From positions 274,288,001-274,352,000 of the forward strand of contig OZ024740.1 in NCBI GenBank assembly GCA_964016885.1: a stretch of DNA of 64,000 nt, read 5' to 3'. The notes beneath the pieces were generated by a model. That model made no database searches, was not told the DNA's origin, and was given only the letters and a program-made list of their open reading frames with translations. Positions within the stretch are counted from its first letter, which is position 1, and each line of letters begins with the position of its first letter. The stretch is from Eledone cirrhosa (lineage: Eukaryota). Both the position numbers and the translations under genes were made by a program. Below, one piece after another: positions 13,464 to 26,093 of the stretch.

Positions 13464-13972
13464 GGTGGATTGGCAGTATCGGTAGAGGGTCGGACGCCAT
13501 GCTTTCCAGCATAGTTACGTCCCTTTACGATCTGAGTTCAAATCCCGCCGAGGTTGACTTTGCCTTTCATCCTTACGGGGTCGATAAAATAAAGTACCAG
13601 TAATGCACTGCGTATTTGCTGGCCTTGTGCCTAAAGTAGAAACAATTATTCTTATTGTTATGCTTTGACGCATAGAGTTACGTCCCTTTCCATTCTGAGT
13701 TCAAATCCCACCGAGGTCAACTTTGCCTTTCATCTTTACAGGGTCGATAAAATAAAGTACCAGTAATACACTGGAATAATTGCTGGTCTTGTGCCAAAAG
13801 TGGAAACAATTATTTTTATTGTTATAATTATTATCTTATGTTATGTTTACGAACTGAGTTCAAATCCCGCCGAGGTTGACTTTGCCTTTCATCCTTACGG
13901 GGTCGATAAAATAAAGTACCAGTAATGCACTGATTTATTGCTGGCCTTGTGCCTAAAGTAGAAACAATTATC
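13464..13972 (+). mobile_element. tRNA-derived SINE with Deu/Nin-like central domain: one full copy plus two tandem 5'-truncated copies
   Basis: A box TGGCAGTATCGG (13471-13482), B box GAGTTCAAATCC (13534-13545), and gccgaggttgactttgcctttcatccttacggggtcgataaaataaagtacc resembling the Deu/Nin domain; repeated at about 13660-13812 and 13850-13972. Confidence 0.8.
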
Positions 13973-14170
13973 TTATGTTATGTTGTTTCATTTCTTTAAA
14001 ACTTAATGTATTTTAGTTAATTTTGTATTGCATGTGTGTATTGCTAAGTCAGGCACATATATATGTATGAATATTGTGTCTTTGCCCACCCCCTACTCTC
14101 TCTATTGTATATATTTATATATATATGTGTGTGTGCGTGTGTGTGTGTATATATATATATATGTGTGTGT

Positions 14171-14380
14171 TTATTACATATATATATATATATATATATA
14201 CATATGTATATATATATGTATTTATATATATATATATATATGTATTTATATATATCTCTATATATATATGTGTATATATATGTGTATATATATGTGTATA
14301 TATAAGTGTATATGTGTATATATATGTGTATATATGTGTATATATATGTGTATATATATGTGTATATATATGTATATATA

Positions 14381-14412
<32 letters not shown>

Positions 14413-14430
14413 AATATATGAATATATATA

Positions 14431-14506
<76 letters not shown>

Positions 14507-14539
14507 CACACATACATATATATATATATATATACACAC

Positions 14540-14580
<41 letters not shown>

Positions 14581-14635
14581 TAGATATGTATATATATACA
14601 CATATATACATATGTATATATATACACATATATAC

Positions 14636-14690
<55 letters not shown>
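14171..14690. repeat. Interrupted (TA)n / TATGTG microsatellite
   Basis: Direct reading. Confidence 0.95.
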
Positions 14691-14693
<3 letters not shown>

Positions 14694-15109
14694 GTGTGTG
14701 CTAGCGTGTGTGTGTACATACACTTTTATATATTTTACAGCGTTTTTTTACTCCTACATTCACATTAGATTCGTTTTGGTAGCGTTTGACTTAAACATAT
14801 TCCCTTCGTGGAAAGGGGAAAATCTTCTTTTCACCCCAGCCATTCCCGGCACCAAATTCTCCAAGAGTTGAAAAATCTTGATAAGATTAACTTTAAATAA
14901 CTTTTCAAATGTTCTGTATAGTTTCAAAGGGGATTTACTGATCTAACTTTCTCAATTTTCTAGTTCATATACACATATAATATATAGATTCATGACATAG
15001 GCATATCACCGTATAATCTGGCATTAATATACATGTGTGTTTGTACGTATATATCAATATCTATATCTATATCTATCTCTTCACATATGCATGGATATAT
15101 GTATGTATG

Positions 15110-15162
<53 letters not shown>

Positions 15163-15254
15163 TTATATATGTATATATGTAAATATATATTAATACATGT
15201 TGATACATATATACATATGCATCCATATATATCTACATATATATCTACACACAG

Positions 15255-15298
<44 letters not shown>

Positions 15299-15300
15299 AT

Positions 15301-15354
<54 letters not shown>

Positions 15355-15377
15355 TATATATATATATATACTCAAAT

Positions 15378-15432
<55 letters not shown>

Positions 15433-15911
15433 TGTAGATATAGATACATACTTGTAGAAATATATGCATAACCAAACTTATGCTACATAGATTTATGCAT
15501 ATAACTATGTTTTCTGAGTATGCATAGTATACTTTACACAACATATAGTTCTTTATCATAGATATATGTACTCGTAAAAGCTTTTCTTTACAAATGTATG
15601 TGCCTATATATTTGTATACCTCTATATAATCTTATACATGTGCTGTCACATTTTGCATTTCTGTCAGCATGTGTGTAATGAATGAGTGCATGTGTATGAT
15701 TGTATGTATATGTATATGGTTATATATGTATAAATATATACGTGTATGTGTATATATTAGAGAAATAAAATAATAGGTAAAAAATTAAAAAATTTAGATA
15801 CATGGACAAAAATGTAACTAGATATATATGTATATATACAATCCCAAACAAATATCTTTAAAGAAAATACATTTATACATATAAATGTATGTATATATGT
15901 GTATGTGTGTG

Positions 15912-15992
<81 letters not shown>

Positions 15993-15994
15993 GG

Positions 15995-16049
<55 letters not shown>

Positions 16050-16116
16050 ATATATATATATACATATATATATATAAACATATATATATGTATATATATA
16101 TATATATAAACATATA

Positions 16117-16154
<38 letters not shown>

Positions 16155-16617
16155 CATGCCTATGTGTGTATTAAATGCATATATCATGTACACATAAGCA
16201 TACATAAATACAAGATTTATTTCTTTATGTCTAATATAACCGTAAGTCAAAAATGCGGATATAGACATCTTCCTTTAAGTTATGTATGCCTGTTCTGATG
16301 ATGTGTTTGTATGTGTTAAATGTGGGAATGCATCATTTTGTGTGTATATGAGTTTATATGTGTATGTGTGAAATTCAGCATGTGTGTGTTGGTTTAAGTG
16401 TACAGCATTTTCTTCTTTAAGCATTTAGATTAGCAATCAAGACTGATCTTAATGTTTCTTACTAAAAACAGATTTAGCTTCAAAAGAATTAACAAGAAAA
16501 AGTGTTAGACTTAGTTACATACACACACATATGTTCATGTACATACATACAACTCTATACACACACACTGAGAAATACAAACAAATACATGCGCATACAC
16601 ACACACACACACATATA

Positions 16618-16649
<32 letters not shown>

Positions 16650-16655
<6 letters not shown>

Positions 16656-17042
16656 CATCATCACCGTTTTACGTCCGTTCTGCCACGCTAGCATGGGTTA
16701 GACTGGTTGTCCTGTTGTGTGCAGTGTCTGGTCGGCTGACCATGCCTTGCTCATACAGGAACTGATCTGGCTTGATTTCTACAGCTGGATGCCCTTCCTA
16801 ACACCAACCTCATTTACAGTAAGTGCTGGGTGCTTTTTCGTGGCGCCTACACGTCCACTTTACAGTGTGGGCTGGGTGCTTTTTTGCCGTGGCACCTCCA
16901 CGACCACCTTGCGGAGGGGCGTGTGGGGGCATATTGTTTATATGCTTCAGCTTGTACCCATGGGAGGTCGGGTACTCTGTATTACTGCGTGACGCCAGAA
17001 GTCACGGTCGTGTGTCATTGTCTTTGAGAGGTGTAATTGGGT
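16650..17042 (-). mobile_element. 3' fragment of RTE LINE, second subfamily
   Basis: Reverse complement of 61315-61663; (GAT)n tail; (TA)n on both sides. Confidence 0.9.
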
Positions 17043-17060
17043 ATATATATATATATACGT

Positions 17061-17228
17061 AGGTCCCGGGTTGAGTCGGGGATAACCACAGTAAGTAAGG
17101 TACTCAATACATGGCAGAGTAAAATATTACCTAAATGTATAAATACCAGAACTTAATATGACACCCAGCTTCCTGAAGATTTCATCTGAATGAAACAGTA
17201 CTAGTCCTGTAGAAGCTCCTTCTATACA

Positions 17229-17232
<4 letters not shown>
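17061..17232 (+). mobile_element. Family A pLTR relic with hammerhead core
   Basis: CTGAAGA(17173-17179)-TTTCATCTGAAT-GAAAC(17192-17196)-AGTACT-AGTC; the left part matches 161-220. Confidence 0.65.
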
Positions 17233-17265
<33 letters not shown>

Positions 17266-17729
17266 AACATATATATGCTTTGTTCTTACTGGTTTCAATC
17301 ATTAGCCTATGGCCATGTAGGAGCACTGCTTTCAATGGATTTAGTCTATTATATTGATCCCAGTAATTAATTTTCACAAACCCCTTTATTTATAGGACAT
17401 AAAAAACAAATATGAATCATATACATGCGTATGTATGAAAATATGCATATGTATATATAATATGCATATGTATGTATATATATATATATATTTATATATG
17501 TAGGAGGTGAGTTTTATTGTAGTACAATAAAGCAATGCAGATATCGGATAAGAAGCACTCTACAGTTTGTAGGACTGGAGTATACATAATATATAAGATC
17601 AAAAGATGGTTAAATGAGTTCCATGTATTTTATTATGTGCATTTCAAAAACAAATATCATCATGCAATAACATGTTGATTTAAAACTACACTATCCACAA
17701 ATGTTTTTAACCTTCATATCATGTCTTCC

Positions 17730-17800
17730 TATTTTATCTGATGAAAACACAAATGTTATTGCATGATGATATTTGTTTTTGAAATGCACATAATAAAATA
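17730..17800 (+). ncRNA. Type I hammerhead ribozyme within fold-back element 17505-17840
   Basis: Stem I TATTTTAT/ATAAAATA, core CTGATGA 17738-17744, stem II CAAAT/ATTTG, GAAA 17781-17784, short stem III ATG-CA-CAT, AUA triplet. Inverted arms 17586-17673 and 17753-17840. Confidence 0.72.
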
Positions 17801-18018
17801 CATGGAACTCATTTAACCATCTTTTGATCTTATATATTATATATTTATATATATATATAGTGTATGTGATTCAATTGCTTACACAGGCATAAACACACAT
17901 GCACATCTATGAAAAGAAATATACCCAACATTTGACTGATCACCACAAATCTGACAAGCAGATCGATAGTGGAGTTGGGTCCATAACATCTTGGGTTAAA
18001 CTTGTTCTTCTTTCTTAA

Positions 18019-18060
<42 letters not shown>

Positions 18061-18074
18061 TATATATATATAAT

Positions 18075-18422
18075 GGAGGCACATAGCTTAGTGGTTAGAG
18101 CATTAGCCTTGCAATCGAAAGGTTGTGAGTTCAATTCTCAGACCGGGTGATGTGTTGTTTCCTTGAGCAAGACACTTTATTTCACGTTGCTCCAGTTTAC
18201 TCAGCTGTAGAAATGAGATGATAGGGACTGGGGTCCCTATCATTCCACTGTAAAGTGGTCGTGGAGGTGCCACGGCAAAAAAAAGCACCCAGCACTCACT
18301 GTAAATGAGGTTGGTGTTAGGAAGGGCATCCAGCTGTAGAAATCAAGTCAGAATCAGTTCCCGTCCCACCCTTGCAAGCAGGGAAAAGCGGACGTAAAAA
18401 TGATGATGATGATGATGATGAT
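18075..18422 (+). mobile_element. CORE-like tRNA SINE with RTE tail
   Basis: Near-identical to the reverse complement of 371-712. Confidence 0.9.
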
Positions 18423-18441
18423 ATATATATATATGTATATT

Positions 18442-18630
18442 TGAAAAGAGTCAGGACCCCGACGGCTGAGCTCCAGCTGCTTCGACAACTAGATCTAGCT
18501 GTCGAAATGGCCGGAGTTCACCCGTCGGAGTCCTGACTCTTTTCATATTACCCACTCTACTACCTTAAGTATTGAGTACTCTGATGCGTTATGGTCCAGC
18601 TGGTATCTTACCACACCTTCTTTGTTATTT
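18442..18630 (+). repeat. Family K fold-back element
   Basis: Inverted repeat 18442-18545 centred on AGATCT (18491-18496); tail shared with 9880-10060. Confidence 0.65.
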
Positions 18631-18652
18631 ATTTATATATATATATATATAT

Positions 18653-19442
18653 AAGTGCAGGGCAATAAAGATAGACGGTAGCCACGGAGTAGGCAGACCC
18701 AGAAAAACATGGGACGAGCTGATAAATTCCGACCTCACACGCTTACACCTCTCCAAGACAATGTCACTGGACCGAGACCTTTGGCGGTACTCAGTAATAG
18801 AGAAGACCCGCCTTACCTAAATACAAAGTAAAAACCTACTACAGTCAGTAGGCATCTGTATCACCCCCCCCCCCCCGTCCCACCACCTCCACCCCATCCA
18901 CACCGCCCCTTTCAATGTAAAGTTATGTTGGTCCCACAACATCCAGGCCAAAACAAATGAGATCGTGTAGGTGTCACGACAAAAAAACACACAGTCCACG
19001 CTGTAATGTGGCCGTGTAGGCAACACGGTAAAAGCCTCCCAGCCCCACACTGTAAATGTGGTTGGTGTTAGGAAGGGCATCCAGCTGTAGAAAACCCGCC
19101 AGATAGTCCACGCTGTAATGTGGCCGTGTAGGCAACACGGTAAAAACCTCCCAGCCCCACACTGTAAATGTGGTTGGTGTTAGGAAGGGCATCCAGCTGT
19201 AGAAAACCCGCCAGACAGTCCACGCTGTAATGTGGCCGTGTAGGCAACACGGTAAAAACCTCCCAGCCCCACACTGTAAATGTGGTTGGTGTTAGGAAGG
19301 GCATCCAACTGTAGAAAACCCGCCAGACAGTCCTATGCGAGCAAGACAACCACTCTTGCCTCAAGTGGGAAAACCCCCGTCCAAACCCATGCAAGCGTGG
19401 AACACGGACACTAAACCTGATGATGATGATGATGATGATGAT
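18653..19442 (+). mobile_element. 3' RTE LINE fragment with triplicated 112-bp UTR segment
   Basis: KCRAIKIDGSHGVGRPRKTWDELI C-terminus; repeat units start at 18993, 19105 and 19217; (GAT)n tail. Confidence 0.92.
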
Positions 19443-19746
19443 ATATGTATTTAGCTGTTGAAATGGCCAGACCTGAGCCATATATATATATATATATAGA
19501 TATATATATATATATACCAAAAGTATATATTGCGTTAGAAACTCTCAATAGTCCCTTTCAGTTAAAATAGCTCAAGGAAAAAATTTTCCGAGCCTTATAA
19601 TATAATTTAATATAATAAAGAGAGATATGAACGCATATATATATATATATCTGAGTTTTTCTCTCTTTATTATATGTGTATATATGCTAGTGTGGAAGAT
19701 AGATGTTAAACGATGATGATGATAATGATATATATATATATATATA

Positions 19747-20224
19747 CTAGCAGTGGTATCCAGCGTTGCACAGGATAAGATATTTTGTAACGTGGGCCGC
19801 CAACAGACCTAATAGTGGAAAAACTGCATGCCTGGACAATATGTAAAGAAAATAAACTGAATACTCTGATGGCTGGATAATCTTTAAGATGTTCCTCGAT
19901 GAAGCAGGAAAAATGCAGGTTTTCACCTAATGCGGGCCCTAGTCCATAAAAAAGTTGGATTTTCTTTGCTCACGGTATGAAGAAGAGACAGACTAGTACA
20001 TAGTTACAATTTAAAGGAAATCGGTCAGATGTAACGCCTAAAAAAACCCCTCAAAGTCGAAACAATGCAGTTTTTCACCTAATGCGGGCCCTAGGGGATC
20101 AAAACACTCCTTGAAACATATGTAATACACATGTAAAGTTTGAAAAAATCGGTTGAGTACTTCTCGAGTTTTAGGGATCAAACACACACAGACAGACATC
20201 CTCACTTTTATATATATATATAGA
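19747..20224 (-). mobile_element. Non-autonomous Helitron
   Basis: Minus strand starts TC-TATATATA..AAAAGTGAGGATGTCTGTCTGTG and ends ..GCAACGCTGGATACCACTG-CTAG; lies between host A and T; internal direct repeat ttttcacctaatgcgggccctag. Confidence 0.75.
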
Positions 20225-20234
20225 TATGCATAAG

Positions 20235-21335
20235 TGACATAATTATCAAGCTTAGCATAGATGTAGGTATTAGATTTGTGACAATTAGATTTACCTATTT
20301 AGCACATGCAGGACTGAGTAAAGAACAAAGGTCTGTTGTTTCAATGGGAAAATTTTACAGATAATCTTAATGATAGCAGAGACCTCATCATCTTGGCAGG
20401 TGACTTCAATGGACAGGATGGATTCACTGGAGTACAAGGTGGATATGTTCATGGTTCAAGAAATCAAGAAGGAATGAGGCTCCTAGAATTCTGCAATACA
20501 AATAAACTAACCATTTGCAACACTAACTTCAGAAACTTGCCAGCCACCTAATCCCCTACCACTCAGGTGAACATCTGAGCCACATTGATTCCGTATTTGT
20601 AAGACAATGAGATAGACAGACAGTTATACAGGCTAAGACCTTCCACAGAGAAGAGTGTACTGGTCAACATAAGTTAGTTACTAGTTTCATTAGAAAAAAC
20701 ACAAAACAGAACAAGGAGCTTTCTGTTGAATATAGGTTTAGAGAGGCTCACAGGATGAATATCGTGAGAAGGGAGACAAGTTAGATACATATGAAGACAA
20801 TTGGAAATTCTTATGCCACAACCTATTGCCATACCCAATGACTGATGCAGCAATACAATTGTTAGTTGCTACAAGGGAATGTTCTAGAGAGGAGCAACTG
20901 CAGATCAAGTTATGAAAGTTACTGAAAGAGATCTTGCATGGCTAATTAGGGAAGTAATCAAATTAGACGAGATGCAGTTTAGTTTTATACCTAGGAGAAG
21001 TACTATAGATGTCCTCTTCCTAGTGTGACGATTACAAGGGAAGTTCCTAGCCAAGAATAAGCTGCTATATTTAGCTTTTGTTGATCTAGAAAAGGCTTTT
21101 GAAAGAATAACTCAATCTGTCATCTGGTGACCCTTAAGGATATTTGGTGTAGAAGAATGGATTGTAAGAGCAGTGCAAGCCATGTACAGAGAAGCTGCTT
21201 GAAATGTGAGAGTAGGAAAGGAATTGAGTTAGGAATTCAAGGTATAGGTATGAGTTCATCAAGGATTGGTCCTCAGCCAACTTCTAATTATTATAGTTCT
21301 CCAGAACTTCTTTATGTGGGCGATCTGGTTCTTAC
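20235..21335 (+). pseudogene. Highly degenerate, internally deleted RTE LINE (APE endonuclease and RT remnants)
   Basis: LIILAGDFNG, EGMRLLEFC..NTNF, LDEMQF, AFVDLEKAF. Confidence 0.8.
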
Positions 21336-23038
21336 AGATAATTTTTTGATAGTCAATTTTAAATATATATCGTTTATATTATATTATACTATACATTTAC
21401 ACACAAACACACACACACACATATATACTGCTTTTTCTAGCAAATACGTTATGCACTCACTGACCGCCTTACTACTCTCATGTGACCACTGTATCATGTG
21501 TTAGTTTCTCTCTCCGCCTCTCGAGGAATTCTCGCTAGCTACGAAAGAAACAATCCTGTTTTGACCACTGTATCATGTGTTAATCTACCCCCCTGCCTTC
21601 AGAGATTTTCTCACTTGTTATGAATGCGTCTAGAAACAGTCCTTTTTTTTTTTAAGTGCTCTTGATAAGGCGTATCAACCTCACAGTGATGATGCATTTT
21701 TATAGTGAAGAATCGTTGCATACGAATCAGTGAAACTGCAGTCGGGACTTTGAAGAGAAAAATAGGTATATTTTTGTCCATTATTTCCTCATTTTGTAAT
21801 TTGATATATATATATATATATATAGTCACAGTAATGTAGTATACATTAAGGAGGTTATCCAGCCATAGCAATCAAGGCAAAATGGGCAGGATATCGCCTG
21901 AAGTGTTGGGTCTCAAAATATGGCAACCCGTCTATTCCATGCAAGAATGGAATATACACATTAAACAGTGATGCTAAAAATATAATGTGTATATTCTTAA
22001 CTATCTCTCTCTCTCTTCCTCTCTCTCTTTCTATCTATCTCTCTTTCTCTCTCTCTGTCTCTCTTTATATATATATATATATAACCCATACTCTTCTAAC
22101 CCATGCTAGTATGGAAAAATGAATGCTAAACAGTGATGATGATGATGATGATTATGTATGTATATATATATTTGTGCATATGTGTATATGTATATATATA
22201 TATGCACACACACATACATACATATCATTTGCAAGTAGTCATTTCACATCTGAAGAAAATAATCTTGCATCAGTACATACAGTCTCAGCATGAACTATGC
22301 ACAGCTAAAGCCATCACACTCCCAACAGATGCCTGGCCTTCCAGTCTCTGATAACCCACCAAGATGACCAGACATTTTTGAAATATCTAAGAGTGCTTAA
22401 CGAAGGCCTCTCATTCCATTTCAAGTGCTATAAATACTTAATTTCTGATCAATTGCTAATGTTATAAAAGATAGAAATAAACTTTACACTCAAATACTCA
22501 TCTCACATCTGGTATTATCCACTTTTTGCACACACAACAAATTCTACTTTTGTCTAACAAAACAGAAAATCAAAGAGGATATCCACATGATAGTTAAACC
22601 TTCATTGCCAAAACTCACTACAACCACTTACCCACTTCGAAAGCTGTGTCCTCATTCTGTCTTTGTCAGTATGTCTGTCAGTATCCTTCTCTCTCCTCTC
22701 AGTATCTCCCTTCCTAACTCACTTTTGCTTTATATACAAATACATATATATATTTGGTTTACTGAGGTAGGTACCAATATTAACACTCTATGCTATAGCA
22801 GAGTGAGAGATTCTGGTTTGGTTTAATTAACATGTCTGTTGAGCAGTTGGGGCTTGAGTAGGGCCTATAAAACAATTAGGGATCTTGAGTCAACCATCGT
22901 TCATAACTGACACTAACCAATAAAAACTGCAATGGGAAACTACACTTTGTTCTTTATATATATATATATCCATAATATAAACATGCACATATACGTATAT
23001 ATATATATATATACTTACATATATATATATATATTTAT

Positions 23039-23424
23039 GGAGGCACATGGCTTAGTGGTTAGAGCATTGGCCTTGCAATTGAAAGGTTGTGAATTCAATT
23101 CTCAGACCGGGTGATGTGTTGTTTCCTTGAGCAAGACACTTTATTTCACATTGCTCCAGTTTACTCAGCTGTAGAAATGAGATGATAGGGACTGGGGTCC
23201 ATATCATTCCACTGCAAATTGGTCATGGAGGTGTCACAGCAAAAAAAGCACCCAGACCACACTGTAAAGTGGTCGTGGAGGTGCCAAGGCAAAAAGCATC
23301 CAGCACTCACTGTAAATGAGGTTGGTGTTAGGAAGGGCATCCAGCTGTAGAAATCAAGCCAGAATCAGTTCCCGTCCCACCCTTGCAAGCAGGGAAAAGT
23401 GGACGTAAAATGAAATGATGATGA
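23039..23424 (+). mobile_element. CORE-like tRNA SINE with RTE tail
   Basis: Same family as 18075-18422, with an extra internal repeat unit. Confidence 0.9.
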
Positions 23425-23452
23425 AAAAATGATTATGTATCTGTATATATAT

Positions 23453-24296
23453 ATACAAGTAAATAATCGAGAATCAGAATCTCGGCCCACGAAATAACGA
23501 TAAACAATCTTCGACATGTGTGGCAGAGGGCTCAATAGTTTGGATAAACCAGAGCTATAACTATCGTTAAAATACCAACACATAGAGACGATGCCTAAAA
23601 TCATTCGCACAGCCGAAAAAACCGACCAGGAAAATTCGGGTCACTCAAATAATAAATTAATAAATTAAATGAATGTAAAAACTCACCCGGACCTGCTAGA
23701 AGGATGTTAAATTCTAGCATTTTGGGTTTCGGCAGTTCCTTAATCAATTACTGTCAGCCCATTAAAAAAATATATCTGACTTCTAGTAAAGAGACGAACG
23801 AGGAAACTTCTTTCTCAGCGGATGTTTCGTTCAAAAATACAGGGGGACCCGTTACTGAACGCACGTGTAGTCCAGCAAGGGAGGGAACCCCTATATTTGG
23901 CGAAAGAATTCAGTAAAGTGTAAATTTTGTAAGAATACAAAAAATCACATATCGAATAAGAGTTCTCAACAGACGTGTTTAAATAAACAAGAGCTATTCA
24001 TCAGTCAATAAGATCAACTAAAAAATCAATAAAATTAACTTGTCAATAGCTAAAGCCTGGAGATAAATACAAGTAAATAATCGAGAATCAGAATTTCGGC
24101 CCACGAAATAACGATAAACATCTTCGACATGTGTGGCAGAGGACTCAATAGTTTGGATAAACCAGAGCTATAACTATCGTTAAAATACCAACACAAAAAA
24201 CGACCAGGAAAATTTGGGTCACTCAAATAATAAATTAATAAATTAAATGAATGTAAAAACTCACCCGGACCCGCTAGAAGGATGTTAAATTCTAGC
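23453..24296. repeat. Element with ~250-bp terminal direct repeats (tandem pLTR-like) between TA tracts
   Basis: 23453-23718 is repeated at 24067-24296 with one ~33-nt indel. Confidence 0.8.
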
Positions 24297-24324
24297 TTTT
24301 TATATATATATATATTTATGTGTC

Positions 24325-24371
<47 letters not shown>

Positions 24372-24377
<6 letters not shown>

Positions 24378-24687
24378 TAGAGCATTGGCCTTGCAATCGA
24401 AAGGTTGTGAGTTCAATTCTCAGACTGGGTGATGTGTTGTTTCCTCGAGCAAGACACTTTATTTCACATTGTTCCAGTTAACTCAGCTGTAGAAATGAGA
24501 TGATAGGGACTGGGGTCCCTATCATTCACTGGTCGTTAAGGTGCCACGGCAAAAAAGCACCCAGCACTCACTGTAAATGAGGTTGGTGTTAGGAAGGGCA
24601 TCCAGCTGTAGAAATCAAGCCAGAATCCCGTCCCACCCTTGCAAGCAGGGAAAAGCGGACGTAAAATGAAATGATGATGATGATGAT
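24372..24687 (+). mobile_element. CORE-like tRNA SINE, slightly 5'-truncated
   Basis: Same family as 18075-18422. Confidence 0.88.
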
Positions 24688-24692
24688 ATATA

Positions 24693-25082
24693 TATATTAA
24701 TAAAAGGAATTCCAACTTTTTCTGATTTACTCGTTTTATTTACAATCCTTTAAAATTTATAATGGTATTATAATGAAATAGTATGGTAGAATATTAAATG
24801 TCAAGTGTTAATTGAACAAGTACTTTCATGCTTTTGCAATCTTCAGGTTAATAATGGGTGGTGACAGTCAAGTTGCAATTTTCAACAGTTGAAAATTGCA
24901 AACTTGACTGTCACCACACAATATGAACCTGAAGATTGCGAAAGCATGAAAGTACTTGTTCAATTAACACTTGACATTTAATATTCTACCATACTATTTC
25001 ATTATAATACCATTATAAATTTTAAAGGATTGTAAATAAAACGAGTAAATCAGACAAAGTTGGAATTCCTTTTATTAATATA
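24693..25082. mobile_element. Fold-back pLTR relic (~195-bp arms, 1-nt spacer)
   Basis: Arms 24693-24886 and 24888-25082 are near-perfect reverse complements. Confidence 0.85.
24924..24962 (+). ncRNA. Minimal type I hammerhead ribozyme
   Basis: TGAAC-CTGAAGA-T-TGC-GAAA-GCA-T-GAAA-GTAC-TT-GTTCA: stem I TGAAC/GTTCA, GNRA-capped stem II, palindromic AAGTACTT at stem III. Confidence 0.78.
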
Positions 25083-25120
25083 ATGTTCTATACACAATCA
25101 TACACACCCATGTATATTTA

Positions 25121-25237
<117 letters not shown>

Positions 25238-25240
25238 AAG

Positions 25241-25533
25241 AAGGTGTATGGCTTAGTGGTTAGAGCATCGGGCTTGCAATCGAGAGGTTGTCAGTCTGAT
25301 TCTCAGATCGAGTGATGAATTGGGTCTTTGAACAAGACTCTTTATTTCATGTTGCTCCAGTTTACTCAGCTGAAGAAATAAGTTGTGACATCACTGGTGC
25401 CAAGCTCTATTGGCCTATGCCTTTCCTTTGGACAACTTGCATGGGTGACAGCTTGTCTTCCACAAAAAGCCTTGCTCGGACATGTGCCTCAGAGGGATAC
25501 TTTCTAAGTGCAAATTCCATAGTCATTTGTGAC
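25241..25533 (+). mobile_element. tRNA/CORE-like SINE with a different 3' body
   Basis: Head and CORE-like block match 18075, then diverge after ctcagctg. Confidence 0.7.
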
Positions 25534-25706
25534 CTTTTATATATATATCATCATCATCATCATCGTTTAACGTCTATCTTCCATGCTAGCAGGGGTTAGA
25601 CTTGAGGCAAAATTGGTCGGGTGACCATGTCTCACTCGTATAGAACTATCTGGTAGGTTTTCTACGGCTGGATGCCCTTCCTAACACCAACCACATTTAC
25701 AATGTG

Positions 25707-25742
<36 letters not shown>

Positions 25743-26093
25743 GATATATTAACAAATGGAAACTATATTTATAAAACCATATTTATTTCATTATACATAT
25801 TTGAAGGACACCAAGTTAAATTATGGTGTGCTTTCATCAGATAAAATATAATATAGAGCAGTTTTATAAATAAATATTGACATACCCTTAAAGAATGCGA
25901 CAATGTGACTATCCGGGAGCTTCCAACAGAAATGGTCGCATTCTTTAAGGGGATGTCAATATTTATTTATAAAACTGTTCTATATTATATTTTATCTGAT
26001 GAAAGCACACCATAATTTAACTTGGTGTCCTTGAAATATGTATAATGAAATAAATATGGTTTTATAAATATAGTTTCCATTTGTTAATATATC
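25743..26093. mobile_element. Fold-back pLTR relic with hammerhead (25988-26052, +)
   Basis: Arms 25743-25901 and 25935-26093. TATTTTAT-CTGATGA-AAG..ACACCA..TGGTGT..CTT-GAAA-TATGTA-TA-ATGAAATA. Confidence 0.78.

Noticed and set aside
11397-16268. Long ORFs of YIYIYI, poly-V, poly-S or poly-L
   Set aside because: They are translations of (TA)n, (CA)n and (CTA)n microsatellites, which lack stops in some frames.
18075-18150. tRNA genes at A/B-box sites
   Set aside because: No proper acceptor stem or terminator; each continues into a SINE body.
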